Assembly: GCF_000143415.4 (NCBI RefSeq)
Contig: NW_003314301.1
Location: forward strand, 855,020-919,019
DNA length: 64,000 nt
Source: Selaginella moellendorffii
Lineage: Eukaryota > Plantae > Lycopodiophyta
Reading direction: 5' to 3'
In this document: positions 1-11,396 of the stretch, piece by piece
Layout of the letters: every line of letters begins with the position of its first letter
How positions within the stretch are numbered: position 1 is the stretch's first letter
Translations under genes and position numbers: made by a program
Notes under the pieces: generated by a model
Databases searched by the model: none
The model's input: only the letters and a program-made list of their open reading frames with translations
What the model was told of the DNA's origin: nothing

Positions 1-350
1 GAGTACGAATATCGATCTACTACCAACGTTATTCCAGCCATCAATTTCATTTCCATCTGCAGTTTGTAAGAAAACAAGATGTGCTGTTCTCAAAAACTAG
101 TCAAGAAAGTCACACCTCTTCTCGCAGCCGTTTGCTGAAAACAAAAGATGAACAGCACGATCATCAAGCTCAGCCCCCAAGGAAGCCGAAATCGAGCTAC
201 CGATGGCCGTTGTCCTGGAAACCGCCAAGCCTCCGCCTTCAGCCCTTCAAAAACTCAACCAGCCAGTGACACTGAGAGCTCTTCCCGCTTCTGTCCAGAC
301 CCTCCAGGACAATGAGCGTCCCGCGCTTCTCTGCTCCCACTGCAAGCTGC
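1..350 (-). pseudogene. Thymidylate kinase (dTMP kinase) fragment, frameshifted, runs off the window edge
   Basis: RGTLIVLEGLDRSGKSSQC P-loop in ORF 239..487. Shifted frames give AWRFP, ELDDRAVHLLFSAN, and after a short intron GITLVVDRYSY. Confidence 0.8.
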
Positions 351-1810
351 ATTGAAGTAACGGCTTGGAGGCACTCCTCCATCAAGTCGACATGGCCCTG
401 CTTCTGCTTCATCAACCATTCCCCCATTCCCTGTCGTTGAGGTTCCATAACAGGCGCATGACTGAGCAGCTCCAGAGCAATGTTCATCCACTGTTTACAA
501 ATTACAGATCGATGTAGTTAGCTTGCTAGCTCAAACAAGCGACTTACCTTCAGAAAACTACACGACACGTTCGGTTCAAGCTGCAAAGAACGAAGAAAGA
601 TCCTCAGTCACAAAACCAAAAGCTTTCTCAAAATACCTTTTCAGCAGCATGAACGTGTTCAGCAGCTCTGTCATACTGCACGAGGCCCAGATAGCAGAGA
701 CATAAAGCACGCAATGCCTTCGCTCTCATGGTAGTTTCCTCTTCCGCAGGCAGGTAATGCATGGCAGCCTCGAACAATGGCTGTAGGAAGAAATCCGAGC
801 CACTATTACAAAAACACCCCAAAAGTCAGCTCTCATATAACGGTGAAATAAAAGAAATTCAGAGAAGCGCCAGACTTCTCTTGTGGATGAAAACCTCTAA
901 AGCAAAACGAAGAACGTTTTCTCTGAAACGGCGTCGTCTCTTTGATCAAGAACGTCAAAGCGGACAGGCACACCTCCACTGCAGCCTTGTCATATGATAT
1001 GAGAGCTACAAGCTCCTCCTCGGCCTCTTCGTAACGACTGAGCCCAATCAATGCCTTGATTGAAGGCCAGGAACGACGTGCTAGGATGATCCGAGGAGCC
1101 TTTGAGAACCGAAACGCAGTTGAGAACTCCCTCGAAGTTCCCATTCTGGAGCGGCAATGTACCTGAGAATTGTGAGCTCCTGGCTTGTCACAGTTTGCTC
1201 CTCGCCCTTGCTCTTGCACGATCCCTTGAGCGCCTCGGAGCAAATCTCATAAGCTTACTCCATGTACTTGACGGACTCAGCCTTTGATTCCGACCCCTGG
1301 AGCGCCAGAAGTGATTTCCCGTAGAGAAGATATATGTCCACCCGCTCTTGATACCTCTCCAGGGAGTCTTGGAGAAAACCACGGGCCCTCCCTAGCATGC
1401 TGGAAGCTAGCGCCTTGTGTGACATCTCCCACACTGTTCTTTCTTGACCGCACAAGGCACAGATCAAACATGACCTGCTGCTCTTCCCTGCTGCCGATCG
1501 ATGAGAGACGATCTCGGTGGCTCGCGGCCGCGATTTGTAGTTCCGGATCTTGTGCGATCAAAGGAAGAATGTAACCATCTTGAGAGTGCTCGACCAACGA
1601 CACCGGCCCACAAGAGCATCTCGACAAAGGCGCGCGTGGTATTCCCCTAAGGAATCCACCACTGCGCGGCCTGGCGGCTGGTAGCTTAGCTTCAAGACTT
1701 GCTGATTCCCAGAGAAGAAGCCTGCTAGGTGATCGATCCTCCGCAGCGGATTCACAGTAGCCACATCGCCGATCCCTGCACTAAGAACCTCCGAGATGAT
1801 CATCCTGAGA
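350..1810 (-). pseudogene. ZIP4: ZIP4/SPO22 (TEX11-like) meiotic TPR protein, heavily deleted copy
   Basis: LFEAAMHYLPAEEETTMRAKALRALCLCYLGLVQYDRAAEHV and MNIALELLSHAP resemble plant ZIP4 segments. Multiple frameshifts and deletions. Confidence 0.7.
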
Positions 1811-2273
1811 GCAAGCGATCCTCGGGTCCAGTCCTGCGAAGCCCTAGAATATTTTCCCGCTCAACTTTGAATCCATAAACCCTAACCCTGGGCGGTACAC
1901 GTGCCAACACATAATTGGGTTTTTATTCGGGCGAATTAAATATTGCCACGTGTATAAGTTTTGATAGAGCACATGACTGACATGAGAACATGTAAGATTA
2001 TAGCGACTTGCGGATTAATGCGACAGCGATGGAAGGTCTCTTGGTGGGACATTGATTTAATCTTCTCTTCTTTTGAAAGGTACGCTCGTTACACGCAACT
2101 AGACTAAGTCGTGCTTTACTCTTCTTTTCTTCCGTTTCTAATGGTGTCATTTAAAAAAATTAGAAAAACAATGGAACACGCATTCACGCGCAAACGTGTT
2201 GCATCATTTTCTATGTTTGAACTGGCGAGAGAAGTTATATGCTTGTGTTGAGCAAAATACAGAGCTTGTATCC

Positions 2274-5200
2274 ATGGCCAACCTCGATCCCACGGGTGTG
2301 CTGAGAGCGCTTGTTTCTGAAGCTGTTAGAGAAGTGATTGGGCTTGCCAAGTCTGCCATTCATTGCAAGAAGAAGTGCAGCGAGTTGGAAGTTTCATTGA
2401 CCGAAGCATCAGATCTGCTAGGTGAAATGAAGAGATATTCTGCTGCCCAGGGCTCTCTGAGCTCCTCACAACTGGATTCCTGGCTGAAAGCCCTCCAAGC
2501 CAAGGTTGAAGAGGCTAAACCTCTTATTCTTGAGTGCCAGTCGCTGCAAAATCCCATTCTGGATGGCCTAAAGAGGTAGGTTGATTGTGCTTCTCTTGGG
2601 ACATTTCTGAATTGAGTTTGTGATTTTGTTCCAGGATACAGCTTGCTACCAAGATCGAACACTGCTCCAAGGCGATCCATGGGCACTTGGCTGCAGCTCC
2701 TCGAAATCTTGATGTTGAGATTCTACATACATTGAAGAAGCAAAAGGAGGTGCCCTCTAATGTGGTTCCACAGGAAGAACAGCATGTTGTTCCTCTGGAT
2801 AAGCACATTTTCGGCATGGAAGAGACGCTGGAGCGGGTTGTATCAGACTTGCTGGGGTCCCCTGCAAGCAGCAAGTGGGTTGGAGTCCATGGAGCAGGAG
2901 GTGCTGGAAAAACACTCCTGGCCAAAAAAGTATGTGACAACGATCAAGTCAAGGGGTGTTTTGATCCAGTTTTGTGGCTAACATTCGGTCAGTCGGTTCA
3001 GGTACGTTCCTTAAGCTTATAATGCAACATATTGCGGCTATGGTTGTATCTCCTCAGGTGGAAGCAAAGCAAGACGAACTTGCCAAAAAAATCCGACTAG
3101 AAGGTGATCAGATCAGCAATGAAACACTGGGGAGGGGGCTTGTTGGGAAGAGATGCTTGCTGGTGTTGGATGATGTCTGGAAGTCCATCCATTTGGATCT
3201 CTTGGATGTGGTCCAAGAGAATGGAAGCAAGATCTTCATTACCACTCGAAAACGTGATGTGCTTGACAGTAGAGGTGCAATCAAAACCGAAATGGGGCTC
3301 TTGGGAAAGGAGGACAGCATGAAGTTGTTCGTAGTCCACGCATTCCCTAACCAAAATCATGCTCAAGTCACCAAGGCAGTGGTGGAGCAAGTTGTGGAAA
3401 AGTGTGGGGGGCTTCCACTGGTCTTGAAGGTAATTGGCAGAAGAATGGCAGGCACACAAGATTGGGACTATGTTCTGAGCAAACTCAAGGATCAACGACT
3501 TATTGCTCTTGATGAGGAACAACAGGTACTGGAGCGACTCAAGCTGGGTTACGATGCATTGTTGCCTCTTCGCATCCAGCAGCACTTTCTCTTCTTCGCA
3601 GCATTTCCAGAAGACTATCCGATTGGATTTTGGGAGCTGTTCAGGTGTTGGAAAGGCGAAGGGCTGGTTGCCAACATAGCAGAGGCCACGAATGTTCTAG
3701 AAAGGCTCAAGAATCACGCACTTATCACTGAAGAAGAACAAGAAAGTTGGGAAATAGTGCCGAGACAAACGAAGTATTACAGGATCCACGATGCGTTGCT
3801 GGCTCTTGCTTTGCACATCCTGGAACGAGAAGGCCCCAAGTGTTATTTCAAGGCTGGGCAGTCGCAGATGAGGGATGTGGGGGACGCCTTCACGAGTAAC
3901 TACAGCAGGATTTCACTGTTTGAGTGTGGAATTTCGGAAATCCCTCTGCCTAAGAAGAACAGGGTCAAAGTTTCCAGCACCACTTGCCTGCTCTTGGATT
4001 ATAATCTCGACCTCACTGCATTGCCAAGCCTCTCTCTTTTCAAAGGCTTGAAGGTTTTGTGCCTGAGTCGCACTGGGGTGGTAAGTTTGCCACATAGCAT
4101 TGGACAGCTCAAGACTCTGGAGACTCTGGATTTGTCTTCGAGTAGGTCACTCCAAAGCATCCCAGATTCACTGGGCAACTTGGCGAATTTATCATATTTG
4201 AACTTGGAAGGCTGTTTGCGACTAAAGTCTTTCCCTGTGGATGCTTTGCTCAAACTCACCAAGCTGGTCTACTTAAACGGAAGGGGATGTTGTGGAATGT
4301 GGACATGCCACAGGCTGCATCATCGGCTTTTCAAACAGAAGAAATGCTTGAACAGGAGGTTTGGAAGACTCTATCTGGATGGGATGTTTCAGGCATTGAC
4401 AAAGTTGGAGGTGTTGATTATTGATACACAGTTGGCTGTGGATCTACCAGCAAGCACAGGCAAACTGGCCCATTTGAAACAGTTGGAAATACAGGGTTGC
4501 AAACAGGGAATATGTGACAGCTTTCAAGGCTTGCCCGACCTTGAGATTTTGAAACTCTGGGGATTGGAGCTTCCATTGACCTCAGACTGGGACTGGAGCA
4601 GATTTCCGAGGTTGAGAACTTTGGAAGTGAGCTGCTTTGGGAAAAGTGACTTTAAAGTAACCTGCAGCATGGAGAACTTGCAGGAATTGAAACTCTGGGG
4701 ATTGGAGTTTCCATTGCCAGACTGGGACTGGAGCAGATTTCCGAGGTTGAGAACAATGGAAGTGGGACACTTTGGGCAAAGTGGCTATAAAGTAACCTCC
4801 AGCATGGAAAACTTGCAAAAATTGGTTATTAAGGCCAATAACCACCTTGAGGGGCTTCCTTTCTTAACACAGGAAATGTTTCCCACGCTGACAATACTCT
4901 GCCTTGAGGGATGCCAAAAGTTGATTGGGGTGCCCACCATCTCTCAACTGGCATCACTCAAGGTCCTCAACATCGCCAGGTGTCCCTCCTTGAAGGACCT
5001 CTCCATCTCGTTCCTTCCAAATCTAGAGATAGTTCTTCTAGATACCTGCAACGAAGTGACTACCATCAACATATCCGAGTGCCCATCACTGACAGTTGTT
5101 CAAATTCGCTCCTTTCGCATGCATGCCCGTGTTGCATTCGGTGGCAACTTCCCACGACTTGAAGCAATAACCCTTGGTGGATTTGAACAGCTTCCAGACT

Positions 5201-5535
5201 CTCTAGGTGCCATGGATGCCTTCTCACAGCTGAGGTGGCTGCAACTATACAGCTGTGGTATTGACCAACAACCAGAATGGTTCGCATCACTCACAACGTT
5301 GAGAACTCTGGGATTAAATTTTTTGGAGAACTTGGATGTGATACCCGATGGTGTTGCAAGGCTTCCTTTGCTAAGGGAGCTTGATCTGAGAGGTTGCAAG
5401 AAGATCAACATGTTACCCTTTGCAGATTCTGAAGACAGCTCCTTCTATCCATCCTTGGAGAACTTATGCTTGAGAAACACATCTGTCTCTCAAGAGCACC
5501 TCTCGGAACGCCTTCGAAAAATTGCAAAGGTTTAA
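2274..5535 (+). CDS. RPW8-like CC-NB-ARC-LRR (RNL-type NLR), intact, ~1048 aa; exons 2274-2575, 2635-3001, 3058-5535
   Basis: GT-AG introns keep frame. P-loop GAGGAGKT, kinase-2 LLVLDDVW, RNBS-B GSKIFITTR, CGGLPL, FAAFPED, IHD, then LRRs. N-terminal helical domain has an RPW8-like pattern. Confidence 0.9.
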
Positions 5536-5599
5536 TGGGAAGTTTTTTAGAAGATGAGGACCTCTGCAATAACCAAATCTCAAATTAACGAAGCTTTGG

Positions 5600-5770
5600 A
5601 ACAATGCAAAGAGTCCATCTTTCATGATCAGTGTCATGTTGGCAGTACTCCAGTTCAACCTGGAAAACGAACAGACAGAATCATAGTACCAAAGCAACAA
5701 GCCTCGTTTTACCTCGAGCAAACAAACCAGCACCCATAAAGAGATCACGCACAGGTTCGCACGAGAATCA
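5600..5770 (-). pseudogene. Fused remnants of P450 3' end and METTL6-like 3' exon/intron
   Basis: TCCATCTTTCATGATCAGTGTCATGTTG matches 9282-9309. GCAGTACTCCAGTTCAACCTGG...TTCGCACGAGAA matches 11484-11605. Confidence 0.75.
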
Positions 5771-5794
5771 AGACGGAGCATCTTCATTTCATAC

Positions 5795-6190
5795 AAACCT
5801 GGCCATCTTGAGAGTGCTCCACCGGGTAGATGCCAAGAAGAGCATCTCGCTCGCGATCTGACGAAGCCGAGCGTGGTATTCCGCCGAGGGATCCACCGCT
5901 GCGCGGCCTGGCGGCTGCTGCTGGATGCTGTTGGTGATATCCACGCAGGTGTTCCAGATCCGGTAGCTCAGCTTCCAGATTTGCAGCCGCTGCTCCTCGG
6001 AGAGCTCGGATTTGAGGCCAAGCACGCATTCTTGGAGTTCGGAGAAGTCTGCTCGATGTTGCAAACGAGGCGCTCGATTCTCCGCAGCGGATTCACAGTA
6101 GCCTCATCCCTGGATCCCTGGATCACTAAGTACCTCCGAGATGAGCATCGTGAGAGGAAGCGATCGCCGCGTAGCCCTAGAATATTTTCC
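5795..6190 (-). pseudogene. ZIP4: ZIP4 N-terminal fragment
   Basis: QRLQIWKLSYRIWNTCVDITNS...YHARLRQIASEMLFLA matches the plant ZIP4 N-terminus (IWKLS.RLWN.CVD, LRH.AADMLFLA). Confidence 0.8.
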
Positions 6191-6419
6191 CTTTCCTCTT
6201 TGTTAGGGCTCGGGAATCGATCGGTGCGCCATGGGACAGCAATGGAGGCGTGGAAGGTATGGAATCTCTCGTAGTTGCCGCTTCACAGCTTTAGTCTTAC
6301 CACTGTGTGAGCTTGAGCAAGATTTTCCGCGAGAAGTACGTTCGCTACACGAGTGGTGCTTTAGTTCCTGCCATCCGTTTTTAATGGTTTCGTTTAAAAA
6401 ATTCCTGGTTGTCTGGAGG

Positions 6420-7950
6420 AATCTCTGATCATGAGTCCTTCTGGTGAAGCAGCTCGAGAGGACGGATCCAGAGAGCTCCCTCAGCGTCATGTCAAGGACG
6501 AAATTCCCAAATCGTCTTCGCCAACGATTCACTACCTTCTGCGGAGGAGTGAGTATCGACATACTCTCTTCAGCGGCATCGTCACACTCAGTCAGCATCA
6601 TGGGAGGGTAAAGTTGATCTTTTTACTTCGGCTTGCAGAGCGGTCCTTCTCAAATGCATTCAGTGTCTGCAGCTTCCTGATAATGCTCGTTGTGGCCTCG
6701 GCAAATACTTACACTTGTGATCTGCTTCTCAAACAAGCTTATTCTCGATTATGAGTCTCTCGCTTTCCACATTGGCGGGAAGTGGTGGAAGGTTCTCTCT
6801 TTTTTTTGTTTTTCTTTTCTTTTTTTAAGTTTCTAAAAGCTTTCTCTCTTTTCTTTTTTTTCACACCTTCCTACCGAAATGAGCATAGTGGTTCTGCTCA
6901 TTGGGAATGCCAACAGGTAGTAGGCGTGTGCTTATGATCCTGTCCGTCGTCTTCATTGTCGCTCCACTTTGCCTGGTCGAAAAAGTGAGACAAGTATAAT
7001 TTTGACATTTTTTGTCTTTTGATTTAACTTCAATGCAGCTCGAATTTTTTGCAACTGTAGGAACATCGATTGTAATCTGGCTAGAAACTTTCAGTATTTT
7101 TACCTTGATTGACAGGCTGACCACCAATATTCTATTGACCGCAACCACGACATTCTTTTCTTACCCTCTTATCGTTGGGAATTCCAGAGACAATAACCTA
7201 TTGAAAGAACGCAGAGAAAAAATCTAAAGGACCATTTGGACAGTCCCGGGAGGAGGAGACTCTGGATGAAATTTCAATTGCAGGGAGATTTAAACAGCCA
7301 GGGATGGAAATAGACGTCTTTACTGCGAAAAGAGGAAGAAATGTTTCAATCCACTTCGCCTTGACCTTCCTAGTTCTTGTACTTTGAACTCCTTTTCGAG
7401 GCTGTCCTGGTCCTGACCTGATGCTCAGGTGTAAACCAGAGCAGCGAATCGCCGCGACTCATGTTACGTAGCATCTTGATAAAGTCCTGCCCGGGCAGAT
7501 TGATCTACTGCGTAGAAAAGCCAAACAATTCAGATGTCTTTCCAGAAGAACTTCGGTACTCTAAACGTTAGTATGATCGTACCTGGGGATCGTACCTTGT
7601 ATCTCGTGCACGTAGCGAGTAGGGGAAGTTTGGACAGTTTTCACCCCGGAACTTGATGTAAGCTCGGTCATAGATCCTGTGATTAAACATTTTATCAAAA
7701 ATCTTTCTAGAAAAGAAAGGAAACAAACCTGGCTGCGGCTTCTGGGGTGCTGGATGACTCGATGTATATCTGTTTGTTCTTGTCGACAGCCCTGATGGTT
7801 ATAGATCCATAACTTGGACGGATGGGCGACACACGGTGTCCAGCCCAGTGGCTGTGAAGACCATGGCTTGATCATGATTCTTATGGAGTAGACGGGGTTG
7901 CGAGGCAGAAGAGTTGATAGCATGCCTTTCACTCCCGACGACGTTTCATG
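6420..7950 (-). pseudogene. Unidentified multi-exon gene remnant (duplicated at 23220-24299 plus 35090-35550)
   Basis: Exon-like GC-richer blocks bounded by minus-strand splice signals (e.g. TTTTTCGACCAG|...GAAG|GTGTGA). No family recognised. Confidence 0.35.
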
Positions 7951-7964
7951 TGACTACACAACGT

Positions 7965-9240
7965 TGTGGAGTGTGGGAACAAGTACACTCCTGACAATGA
8001 CCACAAGGTGTATTTCGATCCAGTTTTGTGGCTAACCGTTCCTAAGATTATCGCAACTGCATGCAACATGGTTTATATTTCCTCAGGTGGAAGCAAAGCA
8101 ACACGAGCTTGCCAAACTAATCAGAATAGAAGGTCGGACCGGCAATGAAACGGGGCTTGCAGGAAAAGGTGCTTGCTGGTGTTGGATAATGTCTGGAAAT
8201 CCGGTCTGTTTGGTGTGGTGCAAGAGAATGGAAGCAAGATCTTTATTACCAGTCGAAAAATTGATGTGCTTGGCAGCAGATGTGCAATCAAAACAGAGAT
8301 GGGGCTCTTGGGAAAAGTTGTTCACAGTCCACGCATTCCCAAACCAGAAACTTGCTAGTTCAAGGTAGTAGTGGAGTGAGTTGTGGGCAAGTGTGGGGGG
8401 CTTCCACTGCTCCTGAAGGTAATTGGCAGAAGAATGGCAGGCACTTAAGATTGGGACTATGTTCTAAGCAAACTGTAAAAATCTGCACTTGAACGTCATG
8501 CACTTATCACTGAAGAAAAAGAGCTCTTCCTTTACACACCCTGGAACAAATGCCCCTTGGAAGTGTTACCTCAAGGCTGAAAGGTCTCATACCAGGGAAT
8601 GCCTTCAGTAACTACAACAAGATTTCACTCGTTGGGTGTAGAATTTCTGAAAATACCCCCCTACCTATGCAGATGAAAGTCAGAGTTTCAAGCACCACTT
8701 GCTTGCTCCTGGATTATAATCCCCATTGCACTCTAACTACATTACGGTTTTGTGCCTAAGTAACACTGGGGTGGTAAGTTTGCCATATAGCATTAGACAG
8801 CTCAAAACTCTAAAGACTATGGATTTGACTTGGAACATAATACTCCAATACTCTAATGTTTCCCATCCGGACATTGTCAAACCTCTCCCTTGGGAATTGT
8901 GAAAAATTGATTGGGGTGCTAAGATCCTTGAAATCTCCTCATTTAAGGACTTCTGCATCTTGTTGCTTCCAAATCTAAAGACAATTTGCATTGGTTACTG
9001 TGACGGAGTGACCACCCTCAACATATACGAGTGCATTAGAGACGTGTTGAAGTTGTGAATTTTGGTTCAGTGGCAAGTTCCCCTTAAACAAACATTGCGT
9101 TATTCACCAGCTTCCAAAATGGTACACATCATTCACGAACTCTGGAATTGAGTTATCCAAAACTTCTTTCCTTCAGTTGACTCCCCGTATGTTTGACTGT
9201 TTGTTGAACTTTGAAAATGTTTTCATGTCTGGAATATTGG
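7965..9240 (+). pseudogene. Degenerate NB-ARC-LRR paralogue
   Basis: FDPVLWLT, LLVLDNVWK, GSKIFITSRK, VSSTTCLLLDYN. Many deletions relative to 2274-5535. Confidence 0.9.
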
Positions 9241-9254
9241 CGCCACATCTCAGA

Positions 9255-10742
9255 CTAACGAAGCTTGGGAACAACGGGAAGTCCATCTTTCATGATCAGC
9301 GTCATGTTGATACCGTAGCAAGGCTCTTCTTTTCCCACCACCACAAGCTCAAACTTTGGTACCAGAGCCGCCACCACATACTTCATCTGTAGCATGGCCA
9401 TCTCTTTGCCCAGACACACTCTCGGCCCGGCCTGAAACACCGGAAACTTGAATGGACTCACCTCGACGAACTGGCCATCGTGGATCCATCTCTCGGGCTT
9501 AAACTCGAGGCAGTCCTTCCCCCACAAGCTCTCCATCCTTCCAATAGCGTAGACGTGATACGATACCTTCATCCCCTTCTCCACACAATTACCATCCGGG
9601 AGAACGTCCGAGTTCTTCACGACCTTTGTGTCAATCGGCACTGGGGGATAGAGCCTCATTGATTCGCACAGAGCTGCTTGCAAGTAGACCATGTCCCGAA
9701 GCTCTTTGTAAGTGAATGGCCTGTTTGACCCTTTCGCGACTATACTCCCGACTTTCCTGATGATTTCCTGCTGAACGCCTGGATGATTCGAGAGCAGCCA
9801 GAAGAACCACGAGAGTGACACCGCTGTTGTGTCCTTGCCGGCGAGCACGAAACTTATGATGATATCCCGCAAAAACTCGTCAGAGAAGCTCGTCGAGTCG
9901 AGTCCAATGAACCTCGAGAGCAAGTCCTGGTTGACCCTTCCTTTTTCTTCTCGCCGCTTCTGGACCACTGACACTGCAAACTCGTTCACCACATCCAGCA
10001 CCTCCTTGAGTTCTCTTTCCGGTCCAACGTTGAGAGCTCGCATTAATTTCCACACCAGAGGATGGATCTTTTGGAACCGCAGCGTGCTAAGCGTCGTTGC
10101 CTTGTCAAATGCCTGCGCGAACTTCACATCCGGAAACGATGGATCCAAGCACGCTGGATCAACACCGAAAGAGAGCTTGCAAATGTTGTCGAAGTTAAAC
10201 CTCATGAACAAGTCCTGTAAGTCGATCTCCTTCCCGTCCCGGGAAACACTGGCAAGAGTTGGAAGTAACCGGCTGTGAACTTCGTCCGCCAGGGAATCCA
10301 TGAGGAACTCCCTCAGTGACCTCGTTGTGAACTCGAAGCTCGCAAGTCTCCTCTGAATCTTCCACAGCTCCCCGTCGACATTGAAAATACCATCTCCCAG
10401 CAAGTCGGTCAGGCTCTGCCTCAGGTGTTCTCCCTTGGGATAATTCTCGAAGTTGGTCTTCAAGATGTGCTCCACAGTTGCGGGATTGCCAGTGATTTTG
10501 AAAGTGCTGCCAAACCTCCCAGTGGTGAAAGTATTGGAGGGAGAGTTGATCACATACTCTGTCGACCACTCCAGAAACCTGTGGCTGTTGCGAAGGAAGT
10601 CGAACACATTCCCAACCACTGGATAAAGTACTGGACCGCCTGTTCGTTGCGAGTCGGCTCTTGATTGAATCGTCCTCCGGACTATCCAGCCCACCGCTGC
10701 CGCAAGAACAAAGCTCAAGCTCCACAACATACCTTGGTTCAT
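9255..10742 (-). CDS. Cytochrome P450, CYP86 clan, CYP94-like, intronless, 495 aa
   Basis: NPATVEHILKTNFENYPKG, GDGIFNVDG, AGKDTT, ESMRLYPPVP, PERW, FQAGPRVCLG haem motif. Confidence 0.95.
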   Translation of the reverse strand: MNQGMLWSLSFVLAAAVGWIVRRTIQSRADSQRTGGPVLYPVVGNVFDFLRNSHRFLEWSTEYVINSPSNTFTTGRFGSTFKITGNPATVEHILKTNFENYPKGEHLRQSLTDLLGDGIFNVDGELWKIQRRLASFEFTTRSLREFLMDSLADEVHSRLLPTLASVSRDGKEIDLQDLFMRFNFDNICKLSFGVDPACLDPSFPDVKFAQAFDKATTLSTLRFQKIHPLVWKLMRALNVGPERELKEVLDVVNEFAVSVVQKRREEKGRVNQDLLSRFIGLDSTSFSDEFLRDIIISFVLAGKDTTAVSLSWFFWLLSNHPGVQQEIIRKVGSIVAKGSNRPFTYKELRDMVYLQAALCESMRLYPPVPIDTKVVKNSDVLPDGNCVEKGMKVSYHVYAIGRMESLWGKDCLEFKPERWIHDGQFVEVSPFKFPVFQAGPRVCLGKEMAMLQMKYVVAALVPKFELVVVGKEEPCYGINMTLIMKDGLPVVPKLR

Positions 10743-11029
10743 GCTGAAAGCCCAGAAAAAGAGTGACGCATGTCAGTCGCCCTGACCAGTTAAAAACCCA
10801 AGTCACAAGGGAAGAAAAGCCAGCCAAAGAAAAAGATTCGAAGAAGCTACTTTGCCATACGATAAGAGATACGGCAGTCATTTGAGACGGTGCGTACCAG
10901 TGGATCTGAAAGTCACCAAGTCAAGTCATTACAAAAGAAATCTAGATTTCTAGTACCTTGCTGAAGTTTGGAATGACCCATGTTTTCTGTTGAGAGCTCT
11001 TCTATTTCCTCCACCCGAAATTCAATTTT

Positions 11030-11330
11030 GGTACCGGAGTTGCTTCATCGTCTTGACTCTCGGCTCAGCCAGAAACACTAGAAACTTGTCTCGGCCTTAA
11101 ACTCGAGGCATTTCTTATCTTCTCCATCCGGACGACTGTAGTATCATATGGGAGGATACAGCCTCACAAAGCTGCTTGCGAGTAGAGCTCGTCGTAAGAG
11201 AATTTACCTTCGCCAGTATACTCTGATAATTTCTCACGGGTTGAAAGCACCCAGAAGAACCAGGAGCAGTTGTGTCCTTCCCAACCAGCAAAAACTGATG
11301 ACGATTAACTCGATTTTTGTCAGAGGTTCT
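11030..11330 (-). pseudogene. Degraded P450 fragment (also at ~38680-38990)
   Basis: Patchy matches to the adjacent CYP (CTTAAACTCGAGGCA, GGATACAGCCTCA, CAGAAGAACCA, GTTGTGTCCTT) with internal deletions. Confidence 0.6.
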
Positions 11331-11396
11331 ATGTTCTATTTACTGAAAGAGCAAGTCGTTCAAATCAAGGAGTGAATTCTTAGAAACTGGAGTTGC

